A DNA stretch of 64,000 nt, from positions 813,855 through 877,854 of the forward strand of contig RDEW01000017.1 in the NCBI GenBank assembly GCA_011109175.1. The letters are read 5' to 3'. The notes under the pieces are model-generated. The model was not told where the DNA came from. It was given only the letters and a program-made list of their open reading frames with translations, and did not search any database. Made by a program: the position numbers and the translations under genes. Source of the DNA: Dicyema japonicum (taxonomy: Eukaryota; Animalia; Dicyemida). Positions 37,991 to 50,160 of this stretch are shown piece by piece. The number at the start of each line of letters is the position of its first letter. Positions within the stretch are counted from its first letter, which is position 1.

Positions 37991-38269
37991 CATTCAGGTT
38001 GGTATCCAAGAAAATAGACTTGCTCACGGGGGAAGACGGATATTCCAGGTAAACTGTTAAATATTCCTGCCACGCGGAGGAAATCGTTATTCAGGTATGA
38101 AATATTGATGAATTCCGATTTTTATGTTGACCTCAATGCCTAGATCAGTGATTCTTAACCTTTTTTAATCACACTCGCGAATTTTTTTTGCCCTATATTT
38201 CACAAGTCAAAAAGTTATTACCACATAATTTTTTTTAACAAAAAATTTTTTTAACAATTAAACAAATTT

Positions 38270-38405
38270 CAATTGAGGAAGCCTGCTGCGTGGATTGCGA
38301 ACGAGTTCCCTCGGAGTATGGCTATTCCAATCTTTTGTCTTAGCCATAACCCTTCTTGTTGATCCCTTTTCTTTCTGGCAAGCAATCCTCTGAGTTCTCG
38401 CAAAA
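38270..38405 (-). mobile_element. CRE 3' end fragment
   Basis: Close match to 9150-9285. Confidence 0.8.
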
Positions 38406-38644
38406 CGTACATAATTATTTTAGAAATATTTTTTTATTTAAAAATCATAGTTTTAATGAGATCTCTGTGGTTGATGAGTATTCACATGATTCTCTAAATT
38501 TGCCTTTCTTTTCTTAAGTGCAATCCTTATATCTCCTATTGTACATTTATTTTGTTTTGTTTTTTTCCCGATGACATTGTTGAGAGTGTTAAATCCTCTT
38601 TCCATGCAATATGAATTCGGAAAACATAGAATGATTTTAGTTCT

Positions 38645-38830
38645 CAGCTAACTAAGTGATCCAAGACCGACAAGGAAGACGACGAGTCCGGCGGGGTCGA
38701 GAATCCTGAACATCTCTTCTCATCGGACATGGCATCGGCTCAAAATTTCTGTATGATTGTGGACATTACGATAATGTATGGAATAGAGGGCAGCTCGGTA
38801 AACTAGCCTCTTTTAAGAGTTTCCTTTGTA
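38645..38830 (-). mobile_element. Vingi-like 3' fragment
   Basis: Reverse complement matches about 21600-21775. Confidence 0.8.
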
Positions 38831-38959
38831 ATTCGATTAAGAAATTTTTAATGGACTGGATTTTGTGTTCTGGTCCAATTAACCTTATTGCAGTCTCCTC
38901 GATTATGGATAGTTTCAATGAGAAGGATCGTAAAATCTACATTTCCCACGAAGAAATAA

Positions 38960-39245
38960 GTTAAAGTAAACAATTAATTAAGTGTATCCAGTTTCCACTT
39001 CTACAGATTCCATCCGGAATCAACATAAAAGGTAAAAGACGTCCATGGTTGCAGTTGTGAAAACCCTCCAGTGGAGTGGGGGAGAGCAAATGATCCTTTT
39101 TTCGTGCCGGCCTGGCACTGGGCGCCACCTAGACAGGTGGATCACATGACACCACTCTAATAGGAAGAAAGAGGAGGAACAGACGAACAAAACTGAAACT
39201 TCAACCAATTAGTCACGAAGCACCACATGGCGCCACGCGGGTATT
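38960..39245 (-). mobile_element. Short bipartite Vingi derivative (5' UTR and ribozyme fold joined to a 3' terminus)
   Basis: The 5' part matches family 5' ends; it ends ggatacacttaattaattgtttact..tttcttcgtg, like the 3' end at 41815-41850(-). Confidence 0.6.
39091..39153 (-). ncRNA. Candidate HDV-like ribozyme, most complete copy
   Basis: P1 GGTGTC/GGCGCC, P2 TGATCC/GGATCA, P3 ACC/GGT, loop TGTCTA, P4 TGCC/GGCA, J4/2 beginning CGAA (followed by four extra A). Confidence 0.55.
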
Positions 39246-39299
39246 TCTATTTTGAAATAAATATAAATGTTATATTTTTAATATAATATAAATGTTATT

Positions 39300-39945
39300 G
39301 TTATCTATTCGGAAAACATAGAATGATTGCAAGAAGAAAATTGTTATCTACGGTTACTATGCAAAAACTTATGAAATGTTGGATAAGAAAATGCTCGGTC
39401 GGGCCATCACTCCGACTCAGGTTGTATGAGGCGTTCGTGAGGCCCATACTAACATACAACTCTGGGACGTGGGGAATTTCGAAAACGGACGAACAAAAAC
39501 CTTGACTCCTTTCACAGAAGGCAACTTCGGTCTCTCTTGGGACTAAAGTGGCCAATACGTGTAGGGAGTGAAAATTTATATAGAAGATGCGGTTCCGGAC
39601 CTCTGAGCACCATGATCATGAAGGCTCGCTGGAGATTGTTTGGCCATATTCTCAGATTGGAACAAGACACGCCAGCAAACGTCGTCATGGAAGAATACTT
39701 CGATACGTCAGGGGAGAAGTTCAGAGGTCGTCAAGAATAACTCTTCCGGAAGTCCTTAATGGTGACCTGAGATCAGTAACCAGACAACTAAAGGACGGTG
39801 AAGACCTTAGTAGTCTGCGGCACTTGGCATCGGACAGGAGGGGATGGGAAAGGCTAATTAAGAGGATTGTTCAGACGCGGCACGAATAGAATTATAGTTT
39901 ATATGATTCTATGTAGTTGCTTATAATAATAATAATAATAATAAT
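39300..39945 (+). mobile_element. RTE-like 3' fragment with TAA tail
   Basis: RLRLYEAFVRPILTYNSGTW, ARWRLFGHILRL, (TAA)n at about 39922-39945. Confidence 0.88.
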
Positions 39946-39989
39946 AAATGTTATCTTAACCCCACTTTATTTAACCAACAATAAAGTTA

Positions 39990-41740
39990 AATTTAGTAAT
40001 CACAACCTTCCTCGCCATCCTGTTCGCCAGCCTCTCAGGCAGGTTCGATTCTGGTTTCTGAAACAATTCCGAGAGCGCCTTGTCCAATTGAACCTTTTGT
40101 TCATATGGATCTCCGGGCTTTGCCTTCTATACTCCAGTGTCAGGCTCTCTAAGGTCCGTTTTAATACAGTAAACTGTAGATAGGCCTGGAGCTTCCTATC
40201 TACCCCTAACTGTTTCAGATAACCCTTGTGGTACTTTGTTGCAATTCCTTCCCACGTCATTACTATTAGAACAACGAGGAGCTTGCAACCAAGCATCTGC
40301 CCCATCTCGTTTGCAAGCAAGTCATACTTTTTTTTCTCCATCTCCACAGTCTGCAAACGGTCTTGAGACGTAATGCCTAACCTCTATGATAAGGACTTGG
40401 CCAGACTCCTTCTTGTACCACAATGTCCGGTTTATTGTGCTAGACTATCACCGAGGTACGGATAACACTGTCTACCTTTATCTGAACCCTGGTGTTCTCT
40501 ACTACAGATTGCACCTTATGAGTCCGCAACTTTCTGGTGTGGCGAATACCATACTTATTGCATAGTAAAAGATGAAGATTCCTTACTACCTCGTTGTGTT
40601 TTCACATATAGTCGTGGCAGAGCATGGATCCGTACCGAGTGCCTAAATGATCAACCGACATGCTCCTTGACTTACAATGGGGACATTTATTTGTTGATCG
40701 ACCCCAAAAAATATTGCGGTCTTGCATATACGTGTACAGTACCTCCGATCGAGGTGAGTTGTCACCGTATTTTAGCCATATTGTCGACGACTCAAGGTCG
40801 ACATGTGGGTTGTCCAATGCTCTGAAGAGGACCTTATGAAGGCTTTTTAAGTTGATCTTTTCCATCAAATTATTATATTGTAATTCGATCAACGCCTTCA
40901 CATTTACTAGCCCACCATCATCAACACCATACTTAGCAGACAAAAAAGGTCTGATAGTGCCTAGGTGGGTTGCCCGTGTTTTCTCGGTCGTTATTATGGC
41001 GTGCTTCCTAGCAGACACACTTGACCCAGCTATCAGGGTGTCGTGCATTCGCATTAGGATACGCTCACTTAGTTGGACTACTCCACACAGTCCACGGCCG
41101 AATTTATCACGGGGTAAATATAGTCTCTCCTTATTGGCTGCCAGCACATGGACATGGTTCTCTCTGAGTACTCCACGGATCATAACATCCATCTCATCAT
41201 ACTCTTTGGGCTCAAACTCCACAACACCTATGTAGTAGTTTAGCAGCGAGACAGCATACTCATTTAATGCTAGGAACAAATTCCTTGCATTTAGAGACGT
41301 CTTACATAATAACGCTGCTCTTTTACAAATGCCTTCAGTAATTTGTCGCTTTGTCTCAGGCATTATAAGGGACTTTGGAGTTCGGTAACACCCAGATACT
41401 TAAATTTTTCGTGTTCTTCTAAGAACCTTACTAACTCGCTACATACCTGCGTGTTAGTCGCAGACTTGGAATAATTCAAATCTAGTTCGATACTCTCAAA
41501 GAATTCCCTGGCACAGACCCCCATGGAGTAGAGCTCTTCAGCTGTTCGAGCATACATCTTCAGGTCATCGATAAAAAGAAGGTGATTTGTACTGAAACAA
41601 CCCCCTCATAATGAACTGGTATTTGCTCAAACCAGTCATTGAGGCGGCGACTCAATGACTTTTAACAGAGAACAAAGAGCAGCGGAGACATGCTATCCCT
41701 CTGAAGGATACCCCTCTTGTGTTTTACCTCGCTTATCCGG
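39990..41740 (-). mobile_element. R4-like RLE-type LINE, 5'-truncated
   Basis: LLFIDDLKMY, FKYLG, LNEYAVSLLNYY, RLYLPRDKFGRGL, CPHC..HL..LCHDY, EKKKYDLLANEM..VMTWEG. Confidence 0.85.
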
Positions 41741-41799
41741 TGCCTATTATTTAATTTAATTCATTAACCCCGAATTTATTATTTATTTATTTAATAACC

Positions 41800-43500
41800 C
41801 CAAAAAAAACACCAAGAAAGAAGGAGTAAACCAACTAATTAAGTGATCCCGGCACGCCTCAACAGGATCGAGAGGTTTTTCCTATGTTCTTCCAGAGTAC
41901 CCACGGCTTTCCTGAATAGACGACGATCATCTTTCATTAGAGTTTGAAGAGGGGTGCGTTTTTTCCCCAAATTTCGTGTATTTGAGGTTTCTAGCCTTGA
42001 ATGGATGAAACGACTTGTTTCCGATGAAGCCGGAGCCGTTATTTTCGATTGCGGCGTGGTTAAGCATTGGGGGAAAAAATCGCGGGTAAATTTGTTAGAC
42101 GTGCAAGTTTGCCTGTTAGGGAGTTGATCTTGTATGAATTGGATATTGAAGCTCCATAGGCCCATGAGACACAAGCATACTCTACCGTCGGTTTTAGAAG
42201 TTGATTGAACAAGACGACAGCACATTCCTTGACGGCCAGGACTTTAAAAACGGTTTGATTATATTTAGTTTCCTGAGACCCTTTGTCATAACGTTCTTCA
42301 TATTTTGAGAAAATGTCATCAAAGGGTCAAATGTCACTCCCAGGATAGTTGGACGAATCTGTAATGGTAAGGAGTCTCTATAAATGTTTAAATCCAGTGT
42401 ATGTTTTTCTTTTCTGTCCATGGTGAAGATTGTATGCGTTGATATATCCCTGGATATGAGAGACGATTCAACTTCAACCAGGCTCCTAGGTCATCAATAT
42501 GTGACTGAAGCTCTGATTTTGCTGTACCCACGTATTTATTCCTGCTAGCGATGATTAGGTCGTCAGCATAAGTGAGAAGCATTGAATCTGGTCCTACAGG
42601 GCAGGGTAAATCGTTGAGGAATAAGTTGAATAACGCCCGAGAAAGGGGCGATCCTTGAGGGACACCATTTGGTAGTAGACGGGCCTATACAGACACGTCC
42701 TCTTCTTCCGGAGAGAAAATTGGCTATCCATCTTTTTAAAACCGGCTGAATGGTGGTGTCAAAATTTTTTTCGTGAGTATGTTCTCGGGACAGAATCGAA
42801 CGCTTTCTGGATGTCCAGGGAGACCACGATTGTCCGTAGGTTCGTTGAACCCTTCTGATATAAATTGAGACAGTGAAGTCAAATGTGTCGTAGTTGAACG
42901 CTCACATTTGAAACCATGTTGAAAGTGGCAGTCAAGCAAATGGGATTTAATTTTCCAGAGTACGAGTTTCCCCATTAGGCGCGATAATGCGCACGTTAAT
43001 GAATTTGGACGGTAGAAAGAAGGTATGGTCTTCGGTTTTCCTAGTTCTTAGGATGGGTATTATAAGTGAATTCTTCCATTTTTATGGGATGACGTTCTTG
43101 TTAGAAGACAAATTAAAAATTGACGTAATCGAATTGATTGCAACATTACCAAGATGTTTTAGCAAAATTCCCGGAATGCCGTCAGAACCACACGTATAAA
43201 ATCTCTTCATCGATCTTATAGCCTGTGTAACCTCGGCCACGAAGTTGGTTTAGGCATTAAATTCCGAAGGTGACAAGAATGGGATTTCGAAAAGTCCTTG
43301 TGACTTATGGATGCGTAATGTTTCATTAGGTTGTTAGCTTGCACAGTATTTGGAGCAGAAAAAGATTCTGATTCATCTGATTCGACGAATAGTTTTCCAT
43401 AAAAGACTCGTGAATTTCATATGTCCAATATATGATAATAGGCGGTTCCACGCCCTATCTTTCTTTTATCTGATGAGCTTTGTAATTCTCTGATTTAAGT
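41800..43500 (-). mobile_element. Degenerate Vingi-like LINE (RT to 3' end)
   Basis: FQHGFKCERSTTTHLTSLSQFISEGFN, LLTYADD, PTILGVTFDP, ends LRRAGIT-stop. Confidence 0.85.
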
Positions 43501-43860
43501 TCTTCATTCTCGAGGAAATGTTAACCTAGTGTGTACCCCCAGAACGTATGGCTTCAGTTTTGTCGTGGTCATTATTCGTAGATTCATGATGGAGAGGCCA
43601 AGAGCGAAAGGATCAAAGCTCAGTAATCTATCCAATAACCTTCGCAGTTCGATGTGAGTGCATCGTCGATGAGTGAAGATAGACATGAAGCGGCAGAGAT
43701 CCGAACTGCCTTCGGAATCCTCAGTGGTATTTTCCTTGACTTTCGCAAGCTGGATATGTTTAAGAGGACAGAATTGGAGTCAGAGATTGACTGCTCGAGA
43801 ACTGGTCCGATTTGTTGGTAAGTTCTCTTAGGGGGTCCAGTCTCAGGTATCCGTAATGGT
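43500..43860 (-). mobile_element. CRE N-terminal fragment between the actin fragment and the Vingi copy
   Basis: RKIPLRIPKAVRISAASCLSSLIDDA matches RKIIPVRIPKASRISIASALSSCIEKA in ORF 29010. Confidence 0.75.
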
Positions 43861-44070
43861 ATAGGATAACTCAACATAAGAATCCCTCGTTTGTTCTGTG
43901 CCTCATCACCTACTAGCTATCCTTTTGTCCCATTCCAACCATTACGCCTTGATATCGAGGACGTCCAACAATAGACGGGAAGACATCGCGAGGAGCATCA
44001 TCTTCAGCAAACCCTTCCTTGCAATCTACAACCAAAGCAGCAACATCTTCATCAACAATTTTGAATAATT
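43860..44070 (-). pseudogene. ACT: Actin 5' fragment (about the first 70 codons), intronless and disabled
   Basis: [65 protein letters not shown]; NGSGM is deleted, there is a 1-nt deletion near 43913, and there is no ATG at the expected start. Confidence 0.93.
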
Positions 44071-44074
44071 CCAA

Positions 44075-44710
44075 CTGAAGACAACCAATACAACGTGTAA
44101 CGCCACATTAGGAGATAGTGAAGATATCATTCGGAGAAAAGCCATGGCAAACGCTGCATTACACAGGCTGAAAAACCTATGGCTAAAACAAAAAGAGAAT
44201 AACATAAAACAAAGGATAATGTTATACGAACACCTTGATCAAACCAATCCTTTCTATACAACTCTGGGACCTGAGGCACTTCAAAAAAGGAATTGGAGAG
44301 GCTAGACTCGTTTTACAGGAATCATCTAAGAAACATAACTGGAATTTCCTGGCCATCTACGTTCTCGCGGAAAGGACTGTACAATAAATGTGACTGTACA
44401 CTATTAAGTCTTGAGATCATTAGCTCTCGTTGGAGACTTTTTGGACACGTCCTGAGGTTGGACCCGAATCCCCCCGAATATCGCAATGGAAGATTACCTA
44501 ACGCTTTCATGAAGACCGAGAACAACCCTCCCGGTCGTTTTACAAAACGATCTGAAAGCAGTGAAGAAAACATTGGCATCTAGTGACGATCTGGACACAC
44601 TGAGGACCTAGCTAAGAACAGAAGAGCTTGGAGCAAGCTAACTAATTCTCTATATTTTTTGCTGCACATGTGAGGGCTGTAAATACTATGGCTCTCGTGA
44701 AAGTGATAAT
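44075..44710 (+). mobile_element. RTE-like 3' fragment
   Basis: LGDSEDI, RLDSFYRNHLR, SRWRLFGHVLRL, tail ggctgtaaatactatggctctcgtgaaagtg. Confidence 0.85.
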
Positions 44711-45158
44711 AGAATGGTGTTGATGTAAGATACTCCTATATCCTGAAAGTTTGTCTATTTTAAAGTTAATATTAATTTTTTTTCAGTCAATGCTTAGTGG
44801 ACAGAAAAAATGATGGGATCGTAGTTCACAATCTATCGGATCTTGGTCATATTTAATCATTTTTTTATAGATATAAATAGATCTTCTCTAATCATTTTGG
44901 TTGATAATAGTAGATCTTAATAAGTATTTATTTCTGATCATTTTTAAAATTATCATTATCGTATTTTTGAAAAATAAGATTTCATTACTTGGATATCAGT
45001 TAAAATGATAAATTAACTAAAATTATTGCGTAAAATGTAAATTAAAATACCCTCAGTACTAAAACTTGATTGATCGTCTCCTCAAGTCTTAAATCCGATA
45101 TGAAATACATCTGTCATATAATTTTGACTATAAATATAAACCGATTAAAATATTATAA

Positions 45159-46796
45159 ATGCAAGCAATTTTGATATTTTTGTTTTCTCTGACATTCGAA
45201 TGTATTTTTTACGTTTATTTGAGTCAAAAATACAAAGACTCTGATGGGCCGTTATGTTAAAAGAAGGGGTGCCATCTCCACAGTGCTCTGTCCACTAAAC
45301 ACAGTCGTAGCCAAGTGCACAAATGATGGAAAAGTCCACAGAGGAAGTCATGTTCAAGGCAATCTTTGTCAAGTTGTTGCTTATACACACAAACAAAAAA
45401 CCCGGGTTTCTATTCAAAATTATTTAGGCTGTTGCAAATTGCATTCCAAACTACAAATACAGCGCAAAAGTGATTTCAGTGGTACTCAACAAGGGAAAAG
45501 TCGCATGCCCATCAAATACTATACTTTCAGACTGTAGACTATTCAATTTGTAGCTTATATGCTTATTATTAAGGTTTCCTCCTAAATACTCCCATAAGTC
45601 TAACATAAGGAAAAATTCTTGTTATCTGAAAGCAAAAAATAAGAAATACATGCGTACATACCCATCAATCGAAGTGACATGCATAGGTAACGAATTCATT
45701 CATATAAAACAGAGGAAATTGAAAAAATATTTGTTAGTCCTACCATCATTACAGAACGGAATTCGACTTCTGCTGAAACTTGTCCTAAAGGACATATTCT
45801 TAAATCATGTGAATGTCTGAATTTCACTGAATGCAGTTCTGTACAAGTATACAATAATATATGTCTCGTCAAATATTATGGTGATTCTATGGCAGCTAGG
45901 GTAAACGTTCCTCTTTAAAATAGGCAAAAATTGGATGCGTTAAAACACAAGAACTAAAATCTGAGATAATTGACAGCAAATTGTCGACTATTTCAAAAAA
46001 TAAGAAATTTATCACAAATTGTCTGGTTAAACCCGGGTTTTGTTATAATCTATATTAGGCAAAATTCGCGGGAAAAATATCAGGAAATTTTCAAAAATAT
46101 GGATCAATATTGTAATCTAAAGAAACCCTGTTCTAACTGTGAAGTAAAAGCGATTATTATTGGTTTATAATTTTAGTGAGTTTAGTCCCGAAAAATAAAG
46201 TTTTTATTAATTTAAAACGATTAAAATGCCCACAAGGAACCACTCTGGTTGAATGTTACGGAATAAATGGGAGAGCTTACTCCAAAAATAAAATCTGTTA
46301 TAGTAGAGCAAAAAATAGAGTTACCAAAATTTCTAAATTCTTAGGTTTACGGAGTTTGTGGAGATTTTGGTAATTTGCCAATTCACTACAACTTTATAAA
46401 ACACACTTCTAAGCCTTGGACGAGTGGAAATTGTCCAAAAAACTCAAAATCGATTAGGATGCTTGTTAGCTAGGTTTTACGTTTTTTTATGTGTAGTCCC
46501 AAGTCATTGTATATTGCTTTTGCATTCTATAAGAGAAAATGCAGGTTTAATGGTTATGTGATATTTTTGTTATTTGCCAAGTAAAAACGATTACAGCTAG
46601 TAACGACAGCAAACCAATGTACACATTGATGGATTCCATTCCATACTTCAAAAAATTAGTGACTAACAACACATCCATGCTATCATTCGCAATTTACCCT
46701 AAAAAGAATCCGAAAATTCAATGCAGATGTATCGGAAGCAGACTTTTAAAGACAAAACTTATATGTTATGTCCCTAATCTCACTTTATCTAACTAA
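45159..46796 (+). CDS. Putative secreted cysteine-rich repeat protein (5-6 modules, reminiscent of the PCSK9 C-terminal / resistin-like fold)
   Basis: A chain of 22-29 nt GT-AG introns keeps one frame: hydrophobic MQAILIFLFSLTF, then CPLNTVVAKC..LCQV..AVANC; CPSNTILSDC..SCYL..IEVTC; CPKGHILKSCEC..ICLV..AKIGC; CPQGTTLVEC..ICYS..VYGVC. One probable frameshift near 46450; the C-terminus is uncertain. Confidence 0.7.
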
Positions 46797-47329
46797 ACTA
46801 ACATTCTCTTTAACTAATAACAATAATAATTCTGGTCGTGCTCATTCTTTGGAACTAATTACTAGAGAAATTTTTATAGCAATTAAAATTTAAAATATAG
46901 CATTTAAATATCACTATAGTATTTATAAACCACATAATAGCATTTACACAATTTTAATTTTTGAAAAAATAAACGTTAAAAACAAGTAAAGATTTTTAAT
47001 TAAGTTCAAAACTATTCCTCTAATTTTTGCTAGCTTACTCTCAGAGATGTCCCAAATCCCAGAATTGTAAGTTTGTACTGGAGAATGAAAGAGTTGTAAA
47101 ATCTTAATCTCGTTTTTGTTCTGAAATATCTTTTTATGAAATAATGACCTTATTTTTTCAATGCAGCTGTTGCTAAACATTTTAGTGCTATTTCTATTTT
47201 TATACTTTTAGATTTCTTCGAGGGTTTTTAAATCCTCTACCTCGATGTGACTTTTTGTAGATTCTATATATTTTAAGAGTTTATGTTTTAATGTTCTTAC
47301 TCTGTCCAAAGATTTAGAGTTTTCAATCC

Positions 47330-47800
47330 TTAAGCGTAGGTCTTTTTGTGTAATCCTGATAGACTGCTATGGCCAGCACCCTCTCGTCTGCAAGAGGAGC
47401 GCTGTAAGATCTCCAAGGCACGAGGCTCTAAATGAGATTGTCAAACGGGCTATGGATGCTGCTGGATACTCGGCCATTCTTGAACCGGTCGGTTATGCAG
47501 AAGTGACGGGAAACAACCGGACGGGATTTGGGACGTGACATGTACAGACACGTTCGCCCCGAACAATTTTCACGAGTGCAACCTCTGCCTACAGGTATAG
47601 AGGACTATTTCATGTCGGATGGCATGAAATACTGCGGTCAATCGCGTGTAACTTTGCCATCTGTCTTTGACAACGATTTGAAGCCCAATAAACGACAACT
47701 GAAAACGGATGTCCTGAGAAGCATCACTTAGAACAAATAGGAGCAGGAAGAGGCTGGTGAAAAGGGTAATTATGTTTCCACACGTGTGGAAATATAACTT
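47330..47800 (+). mobile_element. Juxtaposed CRE (RLE) and RTE 3' remnants
   Basis: GQHPLVCK..RHEALNEIVKRA..LEPVG, then IEDYF..GQSRVTLPSV. Confidence 0.7.
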
Positions 47801-47933
47801 TTTATGTTTATACTTAATGTTACAATTAATAATAAATTATTTATTCCTACAAGTTTTTCCAATTTTTTTCTGCCACATAAAACATAATTATCAGACAAAG
47901 GAAACAAATCATGCACAGCTGAAAATTTAAGCG

Positions 47934-50160
47934 TAGCGGCATGCGGTTCACCTGTTGTTGTGGTGGCGCCTGGTGCAAGTTATGCACTAAAGAAAAGCGT
48001 TTGAACTTCTCCATCCCTCTACGTCCTTTGGAAGGGTGGCCTACCAACTTCAATTTGCTACTCCAGTCTGGCGACATCAAACCTATCCCGGGTCCTGATT
48101 CCACGCTGGTCATTCTCCAACTTTATGTCAATGAAATCCGTAATAAAGTGCTGGAGCCACGTTCCCTCTTGGCCCGTTTGAAAATGGACATTGCCATTAT
48201 TCAGGAGTCTAAACTCTCCACGTCAGCCGCCACCCCACGCTTCCCTGGATACAATATACTCCGAAAGGATCGGACAAGAAGTCTCGGTGGAGGATTATTG
48301 ACGTTTGTTAGGGAGGGTCTTTTGTTCACCGATGTCACCCCGTTTATATTTTCTCTTGGCAAAGGAGACCCTATTCTGGTGCAAATCTCTATCGAAGTTC
48401 CTTTCTCACCCTCAAGTCGTTTTACACTATGTAATATTTATATTCCACTTCAGAGTTCGTCGACTTCCCTTATTCCAACGTATGTTCCAAACATATCGAA
48501 ACTTTTTGAACTGAAAGATCTGGCATTAAGCGGCGACCTAAATGCCAAACATCCATTCTGGCTCCGGACACAATCAGCCGATAGTCTCGGAGAGTACATC
48601 CTTTCCTTACTTAATGATTTGACTATCCTCAATGATTCGGACGCTTACACAAGAACCCCGGCTTGCAGAAGGGACAGTCAACATCCTCGGACCTGTCTTT
48701 CTGCTCTCCTTCTATGGCTGGATGTATTACATGGAATGTTCGTTATGGTTTCTCAAGCGACCATAACCCCATTGTGTTGAGACTTAGAAGGCCTATTTGT
48801 TCACTGTGTTGTTCTACAAAGTTCAAAAATTATTTGAAAGCTGACTGGCAAGGTTTCAGGCGTATGTGGACAATAGTCTGTTTGACTTACTATGGTTAGT
48901 TGTACAGTAGATAAGACGGCCAAGATTTGTCTGTTATCATTTTGAAGGCTGATAAACTATTTATACCTGTCGCCTCTTACAAGAAGTTCAATCCAAGATT
49001 ATCATCTCAAATTGTGTCACTCATCAAGAAATGAATGCGCTGAAGAGAAAAGAACGCAGTCCAATAACTCCTTTTATTCTATACGTTCACTGAATACCAA
49101 ATTATCTGAGCTTATCCGAACTAATAACAGACTCAAATGGAGCCGTCTAGTTGGACGACTATGTCACAAAAACTCTTGCGCCACATTTTGGAAAACGCTA
49201 AGAAGGATCAATAGCCTCATCAATAGGAGGACTGCGGTACTGGGCCGTACTCGCAACGCTTCGGAACCCAAACTGCAAACAAGATTATGAAGTACTACGT
49301 ATCGATCAGCCATAAAGATTTTTCTCGTTCTACACTTGTTGAAACAAGAACCGTATTCCACTTTCTTCACCTTCCCCCATGATGTTGACAAGGCTATTAA
49401 ATTGCTACGTCCCACTCGTTTGTGGTCCCGACGGTGTTTGCACTATTATCTCAAACACCTTGGACCTCAGGCACGGGCCATACTATCAAGACTCTACAAC
49501 GACTTTATCAACTACCATACGCTACCTAATATATGGAAGAACTCCCTGATTTCGCCAATTTTAAAACCTGGAAAACCAAAAGACGTTCCCTCTTCTTACG
49601 TCTCAATAACTTGTATTTTATCAAAAGTGCTGGAAAATTTGTATTAATGCGTATTTCTCCTGTTCTACATCTACCAGAATTTCAATATGGTTTCAGGGTA
49701 GACCGTTATCAACGACTCATTTGGTTCTATCTCCCAGTTTATTACTGACGGCTTCAACATGAGAACACACTTACGGACGGCCTTAGTATTATCGATATAC
49801 AGAAGGCCTTTGATTCTGTTCTGAGGAAACTCCTAACGCAAAAGATTTTTAATTCTAACTTACATCCGAATATCAATCTATGTGGAAATTTCTTAGTCAG
49901 GGTTTCGTACATTTTTGCAAGGAACTGGGAAACTCATTCGAAGGAAAATGTGGCCCATGCAGAAGAATTTCGGTCGGTTATAAAAAAAGTGCACGCCAAT
50001 TGAATTCCTATGCAGAAGGAAGAGAAGGCGCTTCCGAAATGCGGTAGGGTTATAGACGAAGAGAGTTCGGATGTTGTTGGAGGCTGGAATCACCGAATTA
50101 GCTAGTTTTGACCTATCTTTCTTGGTGCTTTTGTAGTTAAATTTATTAAAAATAAATAAT
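47934..50160 (+). mobile_element. Second long, degenerate Vingi-like LINE with a decayed 2A motif and ribozyme fold
   Basis: TNFNLLLQSGDIKPIPGP, IIQESKL, GDLNAKHP, SDHNP, WKNSLISPILKPGKP, FQYGFR, QKAFDSV; 3' end matches 9960-10090(-). Confidence 0.85.
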
